In this document: positions 1 through 10,649 of the stretch, in pieces
How the letters are laid out: every line of letters begins with the position of its first letter
How positions within the stretch are numbered: position 1 is the first letter of the stretch
NCBI GenBank assembly: GCA_963764725.1
Contig: CAVXTM010000018.1
Span: 608,001-672,000, forward strand
Direction of reading: 5' to 3'
Length of the DNA: 64,000 bases
Source of the DNA: an uncultured Gammaproteobacteria bacterium
GTDB taxonomy: Bacteria > Pseudomonadota > Gammaproteobacteria > JACCXJ01
The notes under the pieces: model-generated
What the model was told of the DNA's origin: nothing
The model's input: the letters and a program-made list of their open reading frames with translations, nothing else
The model's database searches: none
Translations under genes and position numbers: made by a program

Positions 1-1
1 C

Positions 2-1594
2 GCCGCGCATCTCCGTCTTGCCCCGCACGTAGAGAGCCCAACCGAAATCCGCCAAGCGCTTGTGCCCTCGGATAGGATCCACGAAGTACCTCAAGTCGGT
101 AGTTTCGTCCGTCAACCAGTCCCGAAAGGATAGATGAAAGAACGAGAGCCGTCCGTCTCTCGAGGTTATCAGAGAGCCGAGCGGTTCCAGAGTTCGCTTT
201 CGCGCGTAGTTGTCCCAACCGAGTATCTCCGAGAGCGTTTCCACCGGCAGCGGCTCATAGGCTGCCGTAAGGATCTCAAGCAAGGGCCGCACGTACTCTT
301 CGAACTGCCGCCACTGCTCATGGGCTCCGGACGAGAAGTGACGATCGAAGTAGAGCCTGTAGACAGATTTGAGGCCGCCCGGCAGCGTGCTCAGATCCTC
401 CGGCGCCATTCTCCCGCTCTTGAGTTCATCAACGACCACGGAAGCGTAGAGAAAAACGCCTTCCGAGTTCCTGACCAATCGGTCGACGAGTACTGTGTTG
501 CCGACGAGCGACTTCAGCTCTCGTTTGAAGTAGGTCCTGATATCTTGGACGTTGTCGGGGTGGCCGGTGTCGAGAGAAAAGGGAGTCAGGCGCGCTAGCA
601 TGTTCAGCACAGCGGTCTCGGGGCGACTCGTTACGAACAGCCTGAACCAGCTCGGAACGAGAGACCAGGATTGCCCCAGGAGTTCGGCGAGCTCGCTCCG
701 CCCCTCACGGAGGGTTTCATCTAGCGCGTCGACGACGACGAAGATCGTCGCTTCGGGCCGAGCAACGTGCCTCAGTGGTTGAACGATCAGCTGGTCGAAA
801 GCGGTCGCCGCATTCCACGTCTTGTACCCCTCCATTCGGTGGTTTGCCAATAGCCCTCGGTACTCGGGAAGCTGTGTCGAGAGCTGATAGCTGATCGAGC
901 CTATGGCTCGACGCGCATCGGATTTCACGACATCGGAGTAGTTGCACAGATGGACGGCACCCACCGCGGGATGTCGCTGGCTCAGATGGGCGCACAGGGC
1001 CGTCTTGCCGGTTCCCGGCCCGCCGGTCAGAAAGAATGCTCTGGACGCGTCCGGCGCCGCAAGCCAACCCTCCAGGGCGTCGAGCAACCATCGCCGGCCG
1101 AGGAAGCCCCGTGACTTCTGCTCGATCTCCGCGTCGAAGTCGAGAGGTGCCAGCAGGTCGATAAGTCGCGCCTGCGTACCTTCGAATTCGCCACCGTCCA
1201 TCGCCATCGCCGACCGAACGAGATCCAGCTTTTCGACAGTTCGGTCGGGAGCCTCTTCGTAGCCCCTGAGATCCAGCCACTGCAGCCGGCTGATGCAGAG
1301 CGGCGGACGAGAGTCCTCCACCATCAACGGCAGAATGCGCTTTCCGGAGAAACGAGCGAAGCTCAACTCATCGAGGCAGACGCCGTCGGGCCTGCGGACG
1401 GCATGGGGCGTCATCATTGCGATGACTACGTCACTCGCGGCGAGGCCTTCTTCGATAGACATTTCCCAGGCGCTTCCGTGCCTGATGTTGGTCTCGTCGA
1501 ACCACACCTGATGACCTGCTGCCGTCAGTGTCTCCTTCAGTTGCCTTGCCAGCGCGGCGTGCCGATCGTGGCCGTAGCTGATGAACACCCGCAT
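2..1594 (-). CDS. TIR domain + NACHT/STAND NTPase protein (NLR-like, putative antiphage); 3' end beyond the window
   Basis: Manual translation from ATG 1594 gives MRVFISYGHD...VWFDETNIRHGSAWEMSIEEGL...GVCLDELSFA (TIR_2 with the catalytic-position Glu), then FLGRRWLL, Walker A GGPGTGKT, Walker B VVVDALDE, LFVTSRPE, SEGVFLYA and FFHLSFRDWL. Open to the window edge, so absent from the ORF track. Confidence 0.9.
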   Translation of the reverse strand, partial: MRVFISYGHDRHAALARQLKETLTAAGHQVWFDETNIRHGSAWEMSIEEGLAASDVVIAMMTPHAVRRPDGVCLDELSFARFSGKRILPLMVEDSRPPLCISRLQWLDLRGYEEAPDRTVEKLDLVRSAMAMDGGEFEGTQARLIDLLAPLDFDAEIEQKSRGFLGRRWLLDALEGWLAAPDASRAFFLTGGPGTGKTALCAHLSQRHPAVGAVHLCNYSDVVKSDARRAIGSISYQLSTQLPEYRGLLANHRMEGYKTWNAATAFDQLIVQPLRHVARPEATIFVVVDALDETLREGRSELAELLGQSWSLVPSWFRLFVTSRPETAVLNMLARLTPFSLDTGHPDNVQDIRTYFKRELKSLVGNTVLVDRLVRNSEGVFLYASVVVDELKSGRMAPEDLSTLPGGLKSVYRLYFDRHFSSGAHEQWRQFEEYVRPLLEILTAAYEPLPVETLSEILGWDNYARKRTLEPLGSLITSRDGRLSFFHLSFRDWLTDETTDLRYFVDPIRGHKRLADFGWALYVRGKTEMRG

Positions 1595-1870
1595 CTCGTT
1601 CCGCAACGCCCTCTCGCCAAGAGTCCTCAGGTAAGTTGCCGCAGTATAGTCGCAACAAAGCCTCTTCCCCAAGTAGACCGAGTCATCCCAGATCACCAGA
1701 CACTGTCTAGTAGCCGTCAACTTGCTCTCCAACTAGAAACAGTTCTTGGTGAGACCGCTCGCCAAATAGTCACGGTTCTTTGGTAGCCACCTAAACTGTA
1801 CCCACGTCATCGATGACTGGCGCTGGCGAAGACCGCATGCTCGACGAGCGAATGCGTGAACGATAGGCTT

Positions 1871-2040
1871 CCGTTCATCCAGATTTTGATAGACGGAAGC
1901 GCCCGAGGTAATATCTTGTCCGGAAAGAGCATCCTCGGTACGACCAGACCTATTGCGGGAAGAGGTAGACGGAATGGATGCTCTGTTCACATAACAGTCG
2001 GGCGTCCAAAAGATCTAGGAGGTTTTGCGTCGGAGTTGAT
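1871..2040 (+). repeat. attI-like element, apparently empty copy
   Basis: 1871-1997 matches 12280-12405 (about 14 differences in about 127 nt by manual alignment). It continues GTCGGGCGTCC...GAGGT...GTCGGAGTTGAT, resembling the 57-bp arm GTTCAGCGTCC...GAGGT...GTCGGTGTGAAT. Confidence 0.7.
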
Positions 2041-2097
2041 CTAAGCGAAGCTGTGCTCTGGTCCCTGTCGTCGTGCAATTCACCAAGGAGATACGTC

Positions 2098-2532
2098 ATG
2101 AGCAACGGAAAAACTTACACGGGTAGTTGCTTTTGTGGCGACGTGCAGTTCACCGTCAACGGTGAGCCGGTCGCGATGGGCTATTGCCATTGCGAGTCAT
2201 GTCGGCGCTGGTCGGCAGGGCCTGTCAACGCCTTCACTTTATGGAAACCCGAAGCGGTGCAGATCACGCGGGGAGCAGACAACATCGGCACTTACAACAA
2301 GACGCCGCACAGTTATCGCAAATGGTGCAAGACGTGTGGAGGCCACATCTTCACTGAGCATCCCGGCATGGGACTCACCGACGTGTATGCAGCGGTCATT
2401 CCGAACTTCCCGTACCACGCCGGCGTCCATGTCCACTATCAGGAGACGAAGCTGCGAATTAAGGACGGGTTGCCGAAGATGAAGGACGTCCCGAAGGAAA
2501 TGGGTGGCTCGGGCATCAGCGTAGCGGAATAA
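2098..2532 (+). CDS. GFA/CENP-V family protein
   Basis: GSCFCG, CHCESCRR and CKTCG zinc motifs; RBS AAGGAG before ATG 2098. Confidence 0.9.
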   Translation: MSNGKTYTGSCFCGDVQFTVNGEPVAMGYCHCESCRRWSAGPVNAFTLWKPEAVQITRGADNIGTYNKTPHSYRKWCKTCGGHIFTEHPGMGLTDVYAAVIPNFPYHAGVHVHYQETKLRIKDGLPKMKDVPKEMGGSGISVAE

Positions 2533-2746
2533 CAGGCCGAAACGACCCCGACGCGGCGCTCCTATGCGGAGATCCCCCAAGATCCCCCATCCCAGGAGGG
2601 CGCATCGCATCGTTGACAAGCCGTTGGTCCATCGATACATTTCCTCGCGCCGAAAAAAACCATCGATATCCCCATAACCAAGAGGGTCGCGTGTTCCAGG
2701 CGGCTATGGCCGAGCGAGGTTTCAAAGTTCGAGGGCCACGCAGCGC

Positions 2747-3283
2747 ATGACCGGGCATTCCCACAGATCCGCGCGTGCTTTCCTGCTCGCGGTTGCGTTC
2801 GCATTCGCCGGGCTGAACCCGGGCGCTTCCTGGGCTCAAGATGGCGGGGGCGGCGCCTTGGATGAGATCTTGTCCCGGTTCCAGGATCGGATCGCTGCGT
2901 GCACCGCCCGTTACGGATACAGCCGGGCGAAAGGGGATGTCCTCGGAGCCCGTGAGCTTGGAGAGAACGAGGTGCCCTGGAGGCACTGCGTCTACCGCGG
3001 CGTTCGAGAGGTGCTGATGCCGCAGGCGCGGGTGCCGCGGCTGTATCAGCAGGCGATCGAGGAAGACCAGGCCATGACGGCGCGCATCGCGAAGGGCGAG
3101 CTGACCCGCGCGGAGCGCCGCCAGCGCCTGGAAGACCTCGCGGAGAACATACGGCTGACGGAGCTTCTGAACCCACCGCATACCCGAGAGCAGAGCGCGG
3201 ACCGGGAGTTACTAGACCCGGTCAAGCTGGAGCACCTCAAGCAGATGTATCGCTATTCGGTGCTCGACTCACTCGGCCGCTGA
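2747..3283 (+). CDS. exported hypothetical protein
   Basis: Signal-peptide-like N-terminus (…ASWAQ), helical body, two Cys. Confidence 0.6.
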   Translation: MTGHSHRSARAFLLAVAFAFAGLNPGASWAQDGGGGALDEILSRFQDRIAACTARYGYSRAKGDVLGARELGENEVPWRHCVYRGVREVLMPQARVPRLYQQAIEEDQAMTARIAKGELTRAERRQRLEDLAENIRLTELLNPPHTREQSADRELLDPVKLEHLKQMYRYSVLDSLGR

Positions 3284-3345
3284 CCGCGATACGCCATCGG
3301 CGGCGTTCCGGCGCGGTTCCCGGATCTCACGATCGCCGGATTACG

Positions 3346-3597
3346 AACGCGGCCACGCCAGATCAGGCCGAGATACCCCAGCCCTCAGCCTCGGCGCGTA
3401 TCAGCTGGGCTCGGTTGCTCAAGCGTGTATTCGATATCGACCTGGAGCATTGCCCCAACTGCGGCGGCGCCTTAACGATCATCGCCGCCATCCTCGACCC
3501 CACCGTGATTACCCAGATCCTCGCGCATCTCGGCTTGTCCGCCCGAGCACCGCCGCGCGCACCCGCGCGCCGACGCGATCTTTTCGAAGCCGCCTAA
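3346..3597 (+). pseudogene. IS91/ISCR transposase C-terminal remnant
   Basis: ISWARLLKRVFDIDLEHCPNCGG...IIAAI...ILAHLGL...APPRAPAR is the typical IS91/ISCR C-terminus. Confidence 0.85.
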
Positions 3598-3793
3598 CCG
3601 ACAACGTTTCTTCCACCGCCCCGGATTCTCGTTCGGCCTCAATTCACGCCCTTCGCCCCTTCGACCGAAACCACCGCCTCCCGAGGCCATTTCACTGCCC
3701 CGACCATGCCTCAGCGCACAGTTTCTGACTCCCTGACTCACTATCCCGTGTGATTGAACACGCACACCCACCGCTATAAACTCTCACCAACCC

Positions 3794-3818
3794 AAAAAGG
3801 CGGTTTGAAAATACTATT
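3794..3818 (+). mobile_element. oriIS-like end of the IS91/ISCR element
   Basis: AAAAAGGCGGTTTGAAAATACTATT about 200 bp downstream of the transposase remnant, resembling ISCR oriIS (GCGTTTGAA.TTCCTATA). Confidence 0.7.
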
Positions 3819-3848
3819 CACCAGCAGAACACCCTGTGGAGGTTAGTA

Positions 3849-4310
3849 ATGTTACGCAATCTCGCATTCGTCGTCGGTTATGCCGTGATCCAGGTGCTTT
3901 CCACTACCGCCTCAGTTGCGGCAGCTGACTTCGGCACTGCAGAGGAAGCCAAAGCTATGCTTGAGAGAGCAGTGGCCGCAGTGAAAGAGGACAAGGCGAA
4001 GGCGCTTGATATGTTCAACAAGGCCGAAGGCGGCTTCAAGGATCGAGACCTTTATGTGTGGTGCGCTAACGCCTCGGACGGCATCATAACGGCGACACCT
4101 TACTGGAATAGGGGAAAACAGGTGAGAGACATTGAGGGCAAGCACGGTGCTCCGTTCGGTGAAACGATTATGCAGAATGCCACCGAGGGAACGATAAAAG
4201 AGACCACCTATTGGTGGCCGCGCCCTGGCACAGACAAGCCGCTGGAGAAGACTATCTTCTATACTAAGGTCAGTGACCAGATTTGCGCTGTCGGCTACTA
4301 CAAGGAATAA
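3849..4310 (+). CDS. stand-alone periplasmic Cache-domain protein
   Basis: GTAEEAKAMLERAVAAV...FKDRDLYV...YWWPRPG...K...VGYY; signal peptide; RBS GGAGG. Confidence 0.85.
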   Translation: MLRNLAFVVGYAVIQVLSTTASVAAADFGTAEEAKAMLERAVAAVKEDKAKALDMFNKAEGGFKDRDLYVWCANASDGIITATPYWNRGKQVRDIEGKHGAPFGETIMQNATEGTIKETTYWWPRPGTDKPLEKTIFYTKVSDQICAVGYYKE

Positions 4311-4523
4311 CTCGCCAAGCAATTATATCCGCTTATCTACGTCTGGCGTTAGCACGAACGCCGTCAGGCCGATCGTCCCGTTTCAGGGGACGAGTCCAAT
4401 CAGCACTGCACGGAATAACATTCGTGTCACAAGGGTATTGCAGTCCCTCGTCATGCCGCTCGCCGTGCGTTTGGGTTGACCCCATGGGCGCATGCCCCGC
4501 TTCCCGTTGCATTCTTTCTTTCA

Positions 4524-4553
4524 ATAATGGCAGCTGCCGGCCCAGAAGCGGAC
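4524..4553 (+). repeat. short recombination-site-like repeat
   Basis: ATAATGGCAGCTGCCGGCCCAGAAGCGGAC shares TGCCGGCC(C)AGAA with 12173-12184 and the AATG.C..CT..GG.C spacing with 11411. Confidence 0.5.
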
Positions 4554-4643
4554 GGTCACCCCTATCTGTGCCTTGACAGGTGCGCGCCACACCTATTGAA
4601 ATTCATACGCATTGCGGGTCGTACCCATGCGTGTAGTTTTGAA

Positions 4644-6969
4644 ATGGGTAAGAAGAGTCGTTTAAAAAAGACTCGCCGAGAGGCGAGAAAGCGTCTTCCG
4701 CTAGGACTTGAGCTGTCACAATTCCAGGATCCTTTCGCAGGAATTCCGGTTCAACTACCTCACGCAATGATTGACTGAGGTCGGACGAAAACAAGCGCAG
4801 GAATTTGTCACGACCACCGCTAAGATTCAGGACCTCATCGATGCCACCAACCCTCTGTGCCTGATGGCATCCATGGCCTTCTACGGGCTTATCGTAGGCA
4901 TTCGCGACGATGGATCGATCGTTTCGATCGTTGGGTCGAACAAACGGGAAATCCTTCCTGCGCACGTCGAATTAGCACAGGCTCTATGCCTTCGTGTGCC
5001 GGCGCATTCGCATTCGCACATGCCTGTCTTGGGCAAAAGTATGCAATCCGTGTTTGATACCGTCGGCGATTGGTCGGATCAATTCCACTGGAAGCGCCTT
5101 GTCCAACTTGACACCGCTCTGAGCGAAGCGGAGCGCGATCGCTTGCTAGTCCAAGAGCACATCCGTTTAGACACGCAGATTGTTCGAAACTGGGGCTACT
5201 ACGATCATGTCAAACGCATCGCACAGGAGATCATGGCGCCGCTCGATGCGCGCTTCGAGGCCCTCTACGGATTCAAGGCTACCGAACTGCTTGCGATGTT
5301 CGATCATCTCGTTCACGAATGTGAGATTCGACTCAACGCTCACTGGGAGCGCCTGCGCGGCATGATAAAAGCGACAACGCTTCGCCATGCGGTCGTCGCG
5401 TACTACACCGCGTTTCCCGACCTCAAGAATAACGTGCAGGATTTTCACGCGCACCTACGCGCTCGCCGTGTCAATCTCATGCAGGCCAAGACGATGATGT
5501 TATCCCACTCGGATTTGCGGCTGCCCGCGATCTTCACTTTTTCACCTGCACATATCGCGGCAGCGATTGGACGAACGGCAGACACGGTTATCAGAGCGCT
5601 TGGAAAACTCAGCCTTAGCTTTGGTGATTTGCAGGGCACCAACGTCGAGCACTTCTTCATGAACAATCCGGTTTGGACAAAACCCGTAGTCAAGCTGGAG
5701 GACCGCTCCTATTTTTGCATCATGCCCCGATCGTTCTTTGCATTCCCGTTCGAAACGTTTACCACACTGGTTCGAGAAGACGAGGCGTTGCGCAAAGCGT
5801 ACGAAAATCGACGCTCGGACTATCTGGAGCAAACGAGCGCAAAGGTGTTTGAGGCCGCTTTCCCGGGCGCGAAGCTCATAAAGAACTTCAAAGGGTATAC
5901 GCCAGACAAAAAACAAATCGAAAGCGACCTCATCGTGCAGGTCGATTCTTTCTTGATCCTCATGGAAGCCAAATCCGGGCGCATTTCACCAGCAGCTCGC
6001 CGCGGCGCTCCAGAGAGCTTGGGAGAGGATATCGATAAATTACTGATCGAACCGTCTCGTCAATCACAACGGCTCCAAAAGGCCATAGAGTCGGCCCAGA
6101 GAGGCGAGGCAGAAACGGAGGCTTTTGCTGAGGCGTTCCCCGTTAACCTTTCGACGATCCATCAAGTGCTGCGTTTGTCCGTGACACTCGAATATATGGG
6201 CGTTCTTCAAACCAACATTAATGGCCTAAGAACGGCGGGCTATGTACCGCCCGACATAAAGGTAGCGCCTGCACTGACTCTCGCAGATCTGGAAATTGTC
6301 TTTGATATACTAAGGACTTCACCCGAACGCATACATTATTTGATCCGACGCGGCGAGTGGGAAGGCAGCGCAGACTACACCGCGAATGAAATCGACCTGC
6401 TCGGAACGTACCTCAAGACTGGCCTCAACGTAGGCGATCTAGAGTTCGCGCACGCTCATCTCATGCTAGTTGGCCAATCGAAATCGATCGACGATTATTA
6501 CGAAGCTAGGCAGCTAGGTATCTCCAAAGAAAGACCACAGTACCAAGCAACGCCCTGGTGGCGCGATATGCTTCAGCGCCTTCGGACGAAGAGGCCGCAC
6601 CGCTGGATCGAGGCCGCAGCCGTCTTGCTGTGTGCCGGACTTGAACAGCAGATGGAAATCGAGAATCGGACAAAGGGCGTTATCGCCGATGTCAAGAAAC
6701 GCCGTGAGCGTGCGGCTTCGCGCAACGGATTGATATTCAGACCGGCCAAAGGCCGCAGCGAAGCAATCGCCGTGCTTGCATTAATGCGTACGGAGATACC
6801 GGATCGGCGTCAATTGATGGAGAATCTTACCGCACAGGCTTTCTCCGAAAATGCAGCCCTGCGCCAATGTGTGGCGATCACGCTCAACGTTGACGAACCG
6901 ACGTATCCGTACAGGTCGCTGGCATGGTTCACTAAGCCGGCAAAGAAAAACGTACCGACGTTGACATAA
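4644..6969 (+). CDS. large hypothetical protein with PD-(D/E)XK/NERD-like nuclease motif; probable frameshift near 4740-4770
   Basis: 732-aa ORF 4771-6969 with YLE...F...IESDLIVQVDSFLILMEAKSG. The upstream MGKKSRLKK... (ATG 4644) in another frame is the likely true N-terminus. Confidence 0.7.
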
Positions 6970-7100
6970 TGATCTCCGAAAAACCCAGCGACTGTGTAGC
7001 GGATGACAAGCTTACTTAGCCGATCCCCGGTTGGATTCTACGACGGGTTCTACCAAAAAGAGCAACCGCAACCACTTTTGCATCGTTCGGAACCCGGTTC

Positions 7101-7130
7101 GTGAAAGTCCGCTCAGGGTCGAACTGGGAC
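7101..7130 (+). repeat. short recombination-site-like repeat
   Basis: GTGAAAGTCCGCTCAGGGTC matches GTGAATGACTCCTCCGGGTC (11411-11430) at 15 of 20 positions. Confidence 0.55.
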
Positions 7131-7218
7131 ACTACCAAAAATATAAAAATTTTAGAGATTTCTGATTCTCCGAGGCCGGGGGGCTGAAGCGAGAACGGCG
7201 CACGACACTACTGAGGGG

Positions 7219-7575
7219 ATGGATACGAAGTGGTTCCGGCTCGACCTGCCGCCACAAGACCGGCTTATCGGAGCAGCCTTTGTGTTCGTGATCTTCGCCG
7301 TCGCTCACCGAGAGTTGACCGGGTTGCCGGTGGCCGGTGTGTCTGCGGCGAACCTAGCCCTGTTCTACATGGGATTCACTATTCCCGGTACTCGGTTCGC
7401 TCCTACCGCCGCCCTGCTCTGGCTCGCGGTGTATGCGGGCTGCCTCTGGGCTGGCGTACCGCACCGCGCTTTCAGCTTCACGGCGATGGCTGTTAGCCAC
7501 GTCGATCGTGGTGTGCGGCGCTCTGTTCTACGGCGCGTACTGTCTCGAGGGCGGGCAGTACTGCTCGGCTATCTC
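7219..7575 (+). pseudogene. degenerate membrane-protein fragment
   Basis: Hydrophobic helices in the first ~90 codons of ORF 7219-7764, then loss of protein-like character. Confidence 0.3.
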
Positions 7576-7719
7576 CCAGACAAAAAACAACCCGGAATTT
7601 CTATAAAACTTTTTAGGTTTGTGTTTCGGAGACGGGGGGCAGGGGCCCCTACAAAAGCGCATCGTCGAGGCATTGCAAACGCTGGCGTGAGCCATAGGCG
7701 CGCTATTGTCCGCGGACCG

Positions 7720-8589
7720 TTAGAGGTGCGCTTGCCGCATTTGCTCCACGGCCTGGGAAGCTGAGCGACGCACGTCATCGTCCTGATCGGACGCCAGCCC
7801 TTGCAGTACCGTCACCGTATTCGGATCGTCGAACTGGCTTTGCGACGCGATACGCGCTAAGGCCTCCGTAGCCAGGTAGCGCCCCGGCCCTTGCTGAGCC
7901 ATTTTGATGAGCATGTCGGTAGCGCGCTGATCATTGAGCATACCCAATTGATCGATGGCATACGCATACAACTGGCGATGGGGAGACTTCAGCACATCCA
8001 ACGCCCGCTGTAGCATCTCCTCGCGTGTTTGCGCTTCATCGGTCAACGCTGCCGGGTCGTCGCCGGAGTGGCCAATCGTCTCGCCGTTGGCGACCGAGAC
8101 CAATGATCGGAAATCGTCAAGCGTTTGCGGTCCCTTAGCGGGCGGCTCCGCGGTTGGAATGTCGTTGCGGCCGGACACCGCAATAGTGTCTGTGCCCTTG
8201 CGCTTTGGGGGTGTCGATAGCACCACTGCCGTACAACCTCGCGCCGAGCAATGCAGCGCGTAGGAGAATCCGCTGAGTACTATCTTTATGCCTTGCTCAA
8301 TGGAGCGACTGCGGATACTCGCCGAGATGGGTTTCTCGGCGATAGCCGGGTCGTTGAACAGCATCTGGACTCCGGCCTTCGTTCGCAGGGATTTGGCGAC
8401 AGCACCCAGCGGCGCTGTTCTAATCTCAGCATCGAGCAGCCACCCCTCATAGCGGATCTCGATAGCGCCGCCTGCGAGCTCTTCTGCAATCCGTCGATCC
8501 TGAGCGGCACTACCGTTCGCGGAGCAGGCTAACGCGCAACAAGCACTCAGCGCGGACCGCCACTTTCGCTTCGTAACGAAGATCTTCAT
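7720..8589 (-). CDS. exported protein with STN/secretin-N-like domain and C-terminal HEAT repeats
   Basis: Signal peptide; APLGAVAKSLRTKAGVQ...ISASI...IEQGIKIVL (STN-like); AIDQLG, ATEALARI and DQDDDVRRSASQA (HEAT). Confidence 0.7.
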   Translation of the reverse strand: MKIFVTKRKWRSALSACCALACSANGSAAQDRRIAEELAGGAIEIRYEGWLLDAEIRTAPLGAVAKSLRTKAGVQMLFNDPAIAEKPISASIRSRSIEQGIKIVLSGFSYALHCSARGCTAVVLSTPPKRKGTDTIAVSGRNDIPTAEPPAKGPQTLDDFRSLVSVANGETIGHSGDDPAALTDEAQTREEMLQRALDVLKSPHRQLYAYAIDQLGMLNDQRATDMLIKMAQQGPGRYLATEALARIASQSQFDDPNTVTVLQGLASDQDDDVRRSASQAVEQMRQAHL

Positions 8590-8621
8590 ACAGCTCGCGC
8601 AATTATAGCGGTTCAGGCAAA

Positions 8622-8652
8622 GCCGCCTCTCCGCGAGCGACGGAGAGGCGGC
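8622..8652 (-). terminator. probable intrinsic terminator after the 8685-9278 gene
   Basis: Perfect 12-bp stem GCCGCCTCTCCG/CGGAGAGGCGGC followed by TTT on the minus strand. Confidence 0.6.
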
Positions 8653-8684
8653 AACTGTACCAGTGTCGGATTAGTGTGCGGTCG

Positions 8685-9278
8685 TCACTTTGTCGACACT
8701 GGGTCAAAAATAATCAGAGGTGGGACGAGCCGATTATCCGTGCAGGTCACCGTCAGCGACGCATCGATTACCGTCAGATTCGGTGTGGCCGCGGCGGCTT
8801 TGCGCGCCAGAAAATATAGGGTGCGGCTTCCGAATATGAAGGGATTGGCCGCGACGGTGAAATAGCCCGGATCGGCATTGGCCGGCGACATCCAACCGCC
8901 CGTCGTGGTGATTTCCTTGATGCGGTTATCCCATATTCCCGCTTGGTTCCAGAACGTCAGGGTGCGTTCCTGCCCTTGGTCGAATATGGGATTAGGCGTG
9001 TTGCTCACCGTAAAGTAATAAACACTTTCGCCATTGGCAAGCGTGGGCCGTACCGCATCCGCGCTACCGGTCGCAGTACAGTAGCGCTGCGCTGGATTAG
9101 AGAAGTTGACCGATCGAAGGATGGTCCAGCCCGCGCCAGGGACTACGACATTGATATTGCTCGCACTACCGCCAACCGCATCGACGGCCAGCGCAGGGCT
9201 TGACACTATGGTAGCGCAAAGTGGCAGTGCGGCTACCAAGCAGGTACGGCCTGTCTTACTGAATAAACGAATTTTCAT
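8685..9278 (-). CDS. secreted beta-rich hypothetical protein
   Basis: RBS GGAGG, signal peptide ending PALA, Thr/Val/Gly-rich body, two Cys in the mature part. Confidence 0.7.
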   Translation of the reverse strand: MKIRLFSKTGRTCLVAALPLCATIVSSPALAVDAVGGSASNINVVVPGAGWTILRSVNFSNPAQRYCTATGSADAVRPTLANGESVYYFTVSNTPNPIFDQGQERTLTFWNQAGIWDNRIKEITTTGGWMSPANADPGYFTVAANPFIFGSRTLYFLARKAAAATPNLTVIDASLTVTCTDNRLVPPLIIFDPVSTK

Positions 9279-9625
9279 GGAAATTCCTCCATTGCTGTTG
9301 ATTGAGAACCAAGTGCTAACACAAACGAGGTATTAGCTGGTTTTAGGATAGGAGGATGGTGTTTCCGAAACAGTGGCATTCGCTACACCGACCATGTTAG
9401 ATTCGCCACTCGATCCGAGATGAAGTTAAATGACCACCGGCAAAGCGATGGCATACGTAAAGGTCAAACTTTTGGGAGTCCCGGGCTTACCGAATTTAAT
9501 TAGAGGACGTGCTCGACAAGGCCGTGGACACATTTCGGTCCAAAGGCTATAGAGCAAGCTCGACCCTCGATCTGGTTGACAACTGAGGATCCATCGCGGC
9601 AGCCTCTGTGACGCATTTGGCGACG

Positions 9626-10456
9626 CTAAAAGCGCTGCGGCAAGGGCCTTTGTAAAACAATACATTCTCTTTCACATTTGACGAAACCACCGCGCTTTAA
9701 TTCCATCATAAATTTAGCGACCGTTTCTCTAGCGCAACCGGCCAGCTCCGCCAAGTGCTGCTGGGTCCACGGCCCGCGAATGACGAGCTCACCGTCCACT
9801 TCGCACGCTAAGCGGTAGAGGAAGAAACGCAGGCGTCTATAGGCATCGACCGCGAGCATCGCGCGTGTTTCAGTGAGTTCGTTGACCAAGTGGGCCAGTT
9901 GACGCACCATCGCATGCCATAATGTCGGTCTGTCGGCGAGACATTCGAAAAACCGGCTCTTATGTAAGACCGCGAATTGCGAGTCCTCGATTGTGGCCAC
10001 GGAAGCCGTACGCGGTCCGCCCGTGAGCAATGAAAGCTCGCCGAAGAATTCGGCCGGCCCCTTGCGGCGAAGCAAGGTCCGAGAACCGTCATTCTCTAGG
10101 AAGATCTCGACCTGGCCCGCGAGGATGAAGAAAAAGCGATTATCTTCGTCGCCCTTCTCGAAAACATGACGAAACTTCTTATAGGACTTAACCGTGGCAT
10201 GGTCACGTAAGAATAAATGGTCTTCGGGTGACAACGCGGTCCGTAGGCCAGACCCCTGCGAGCCTGGGTCCTCGTCTATCGAAACTGCCGCTGAACCAGC
10301 CAAGTCTAAGATTGAGACGCGCCGCCTCAGGTCATTCACAGAATGAAGCAGTGTGGTCACGGTATTATTTTCACTACTGAGACTTTTTCCGAATAGCTCA
10401 GGCTCTACCGATGCTCTACCGGTCCTGTTCATACTTATATTACACGTCGATTCCAA
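9626..10456 (-). CDS. Crp/Fnr family transcriptional regulator (start uncertain)
   Basis: cNMP domain FFGELSLL...PRTASV and HTH WTQQHLAELAGCARETVAK. Confidence 0.9.
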   Translation of the reverse strand: MESTCNISMNRTGRASVEPELFGKSLSSENNTVTTLLHSVNDLRRRVSILDLAGSAAVSIDEDPGSQGSGLRTALSPEDHLFLRDHATVKSYKKFRHVFEKGDEDNRFFFILAGQVEIFLENDGSRTLLRRKGPAEFFGELSLLTGGPRTASVATIEDSQFAVLHKSRFFECLADRPTLWHAMVRQLAHLVNELTETRAMLAVDAYRRLRFFLYRLACEVDGELVIRGPWTQQHLAELAGCARETVAKFMMELKRGGFVKCERECIVLQRPLPQRF

Positions 10457-10463
10457 TATAGTT

Positions 10464-10479
10464 AGTGAGATATCTCACA
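10464..10479. promoter_or_regulatory. CRP-type operator
   Basis: AGTGA-GATATC-TCACA is one mismatch from TGTGA-N6-TCACA and lies directly upstream of the Crp-family gene. Confidence 0.55.
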
Positions 10480-10649
10480 TCCGGATTGTGACTTTTGACG
10501 ACAAGCGTGGTATTGCGAAGCGCCGTCGTCAGGGTCCCGCAGCAGCGCGTGGGGTCCCGCGCCCGCGCAGTCGCTATTAAGCGTAAAGCCGACCTTGATG
10601 CCGCGGGCCATTGCCGCGTGGATGAAGGCATCCGTCAAAAGCTGGAGCA

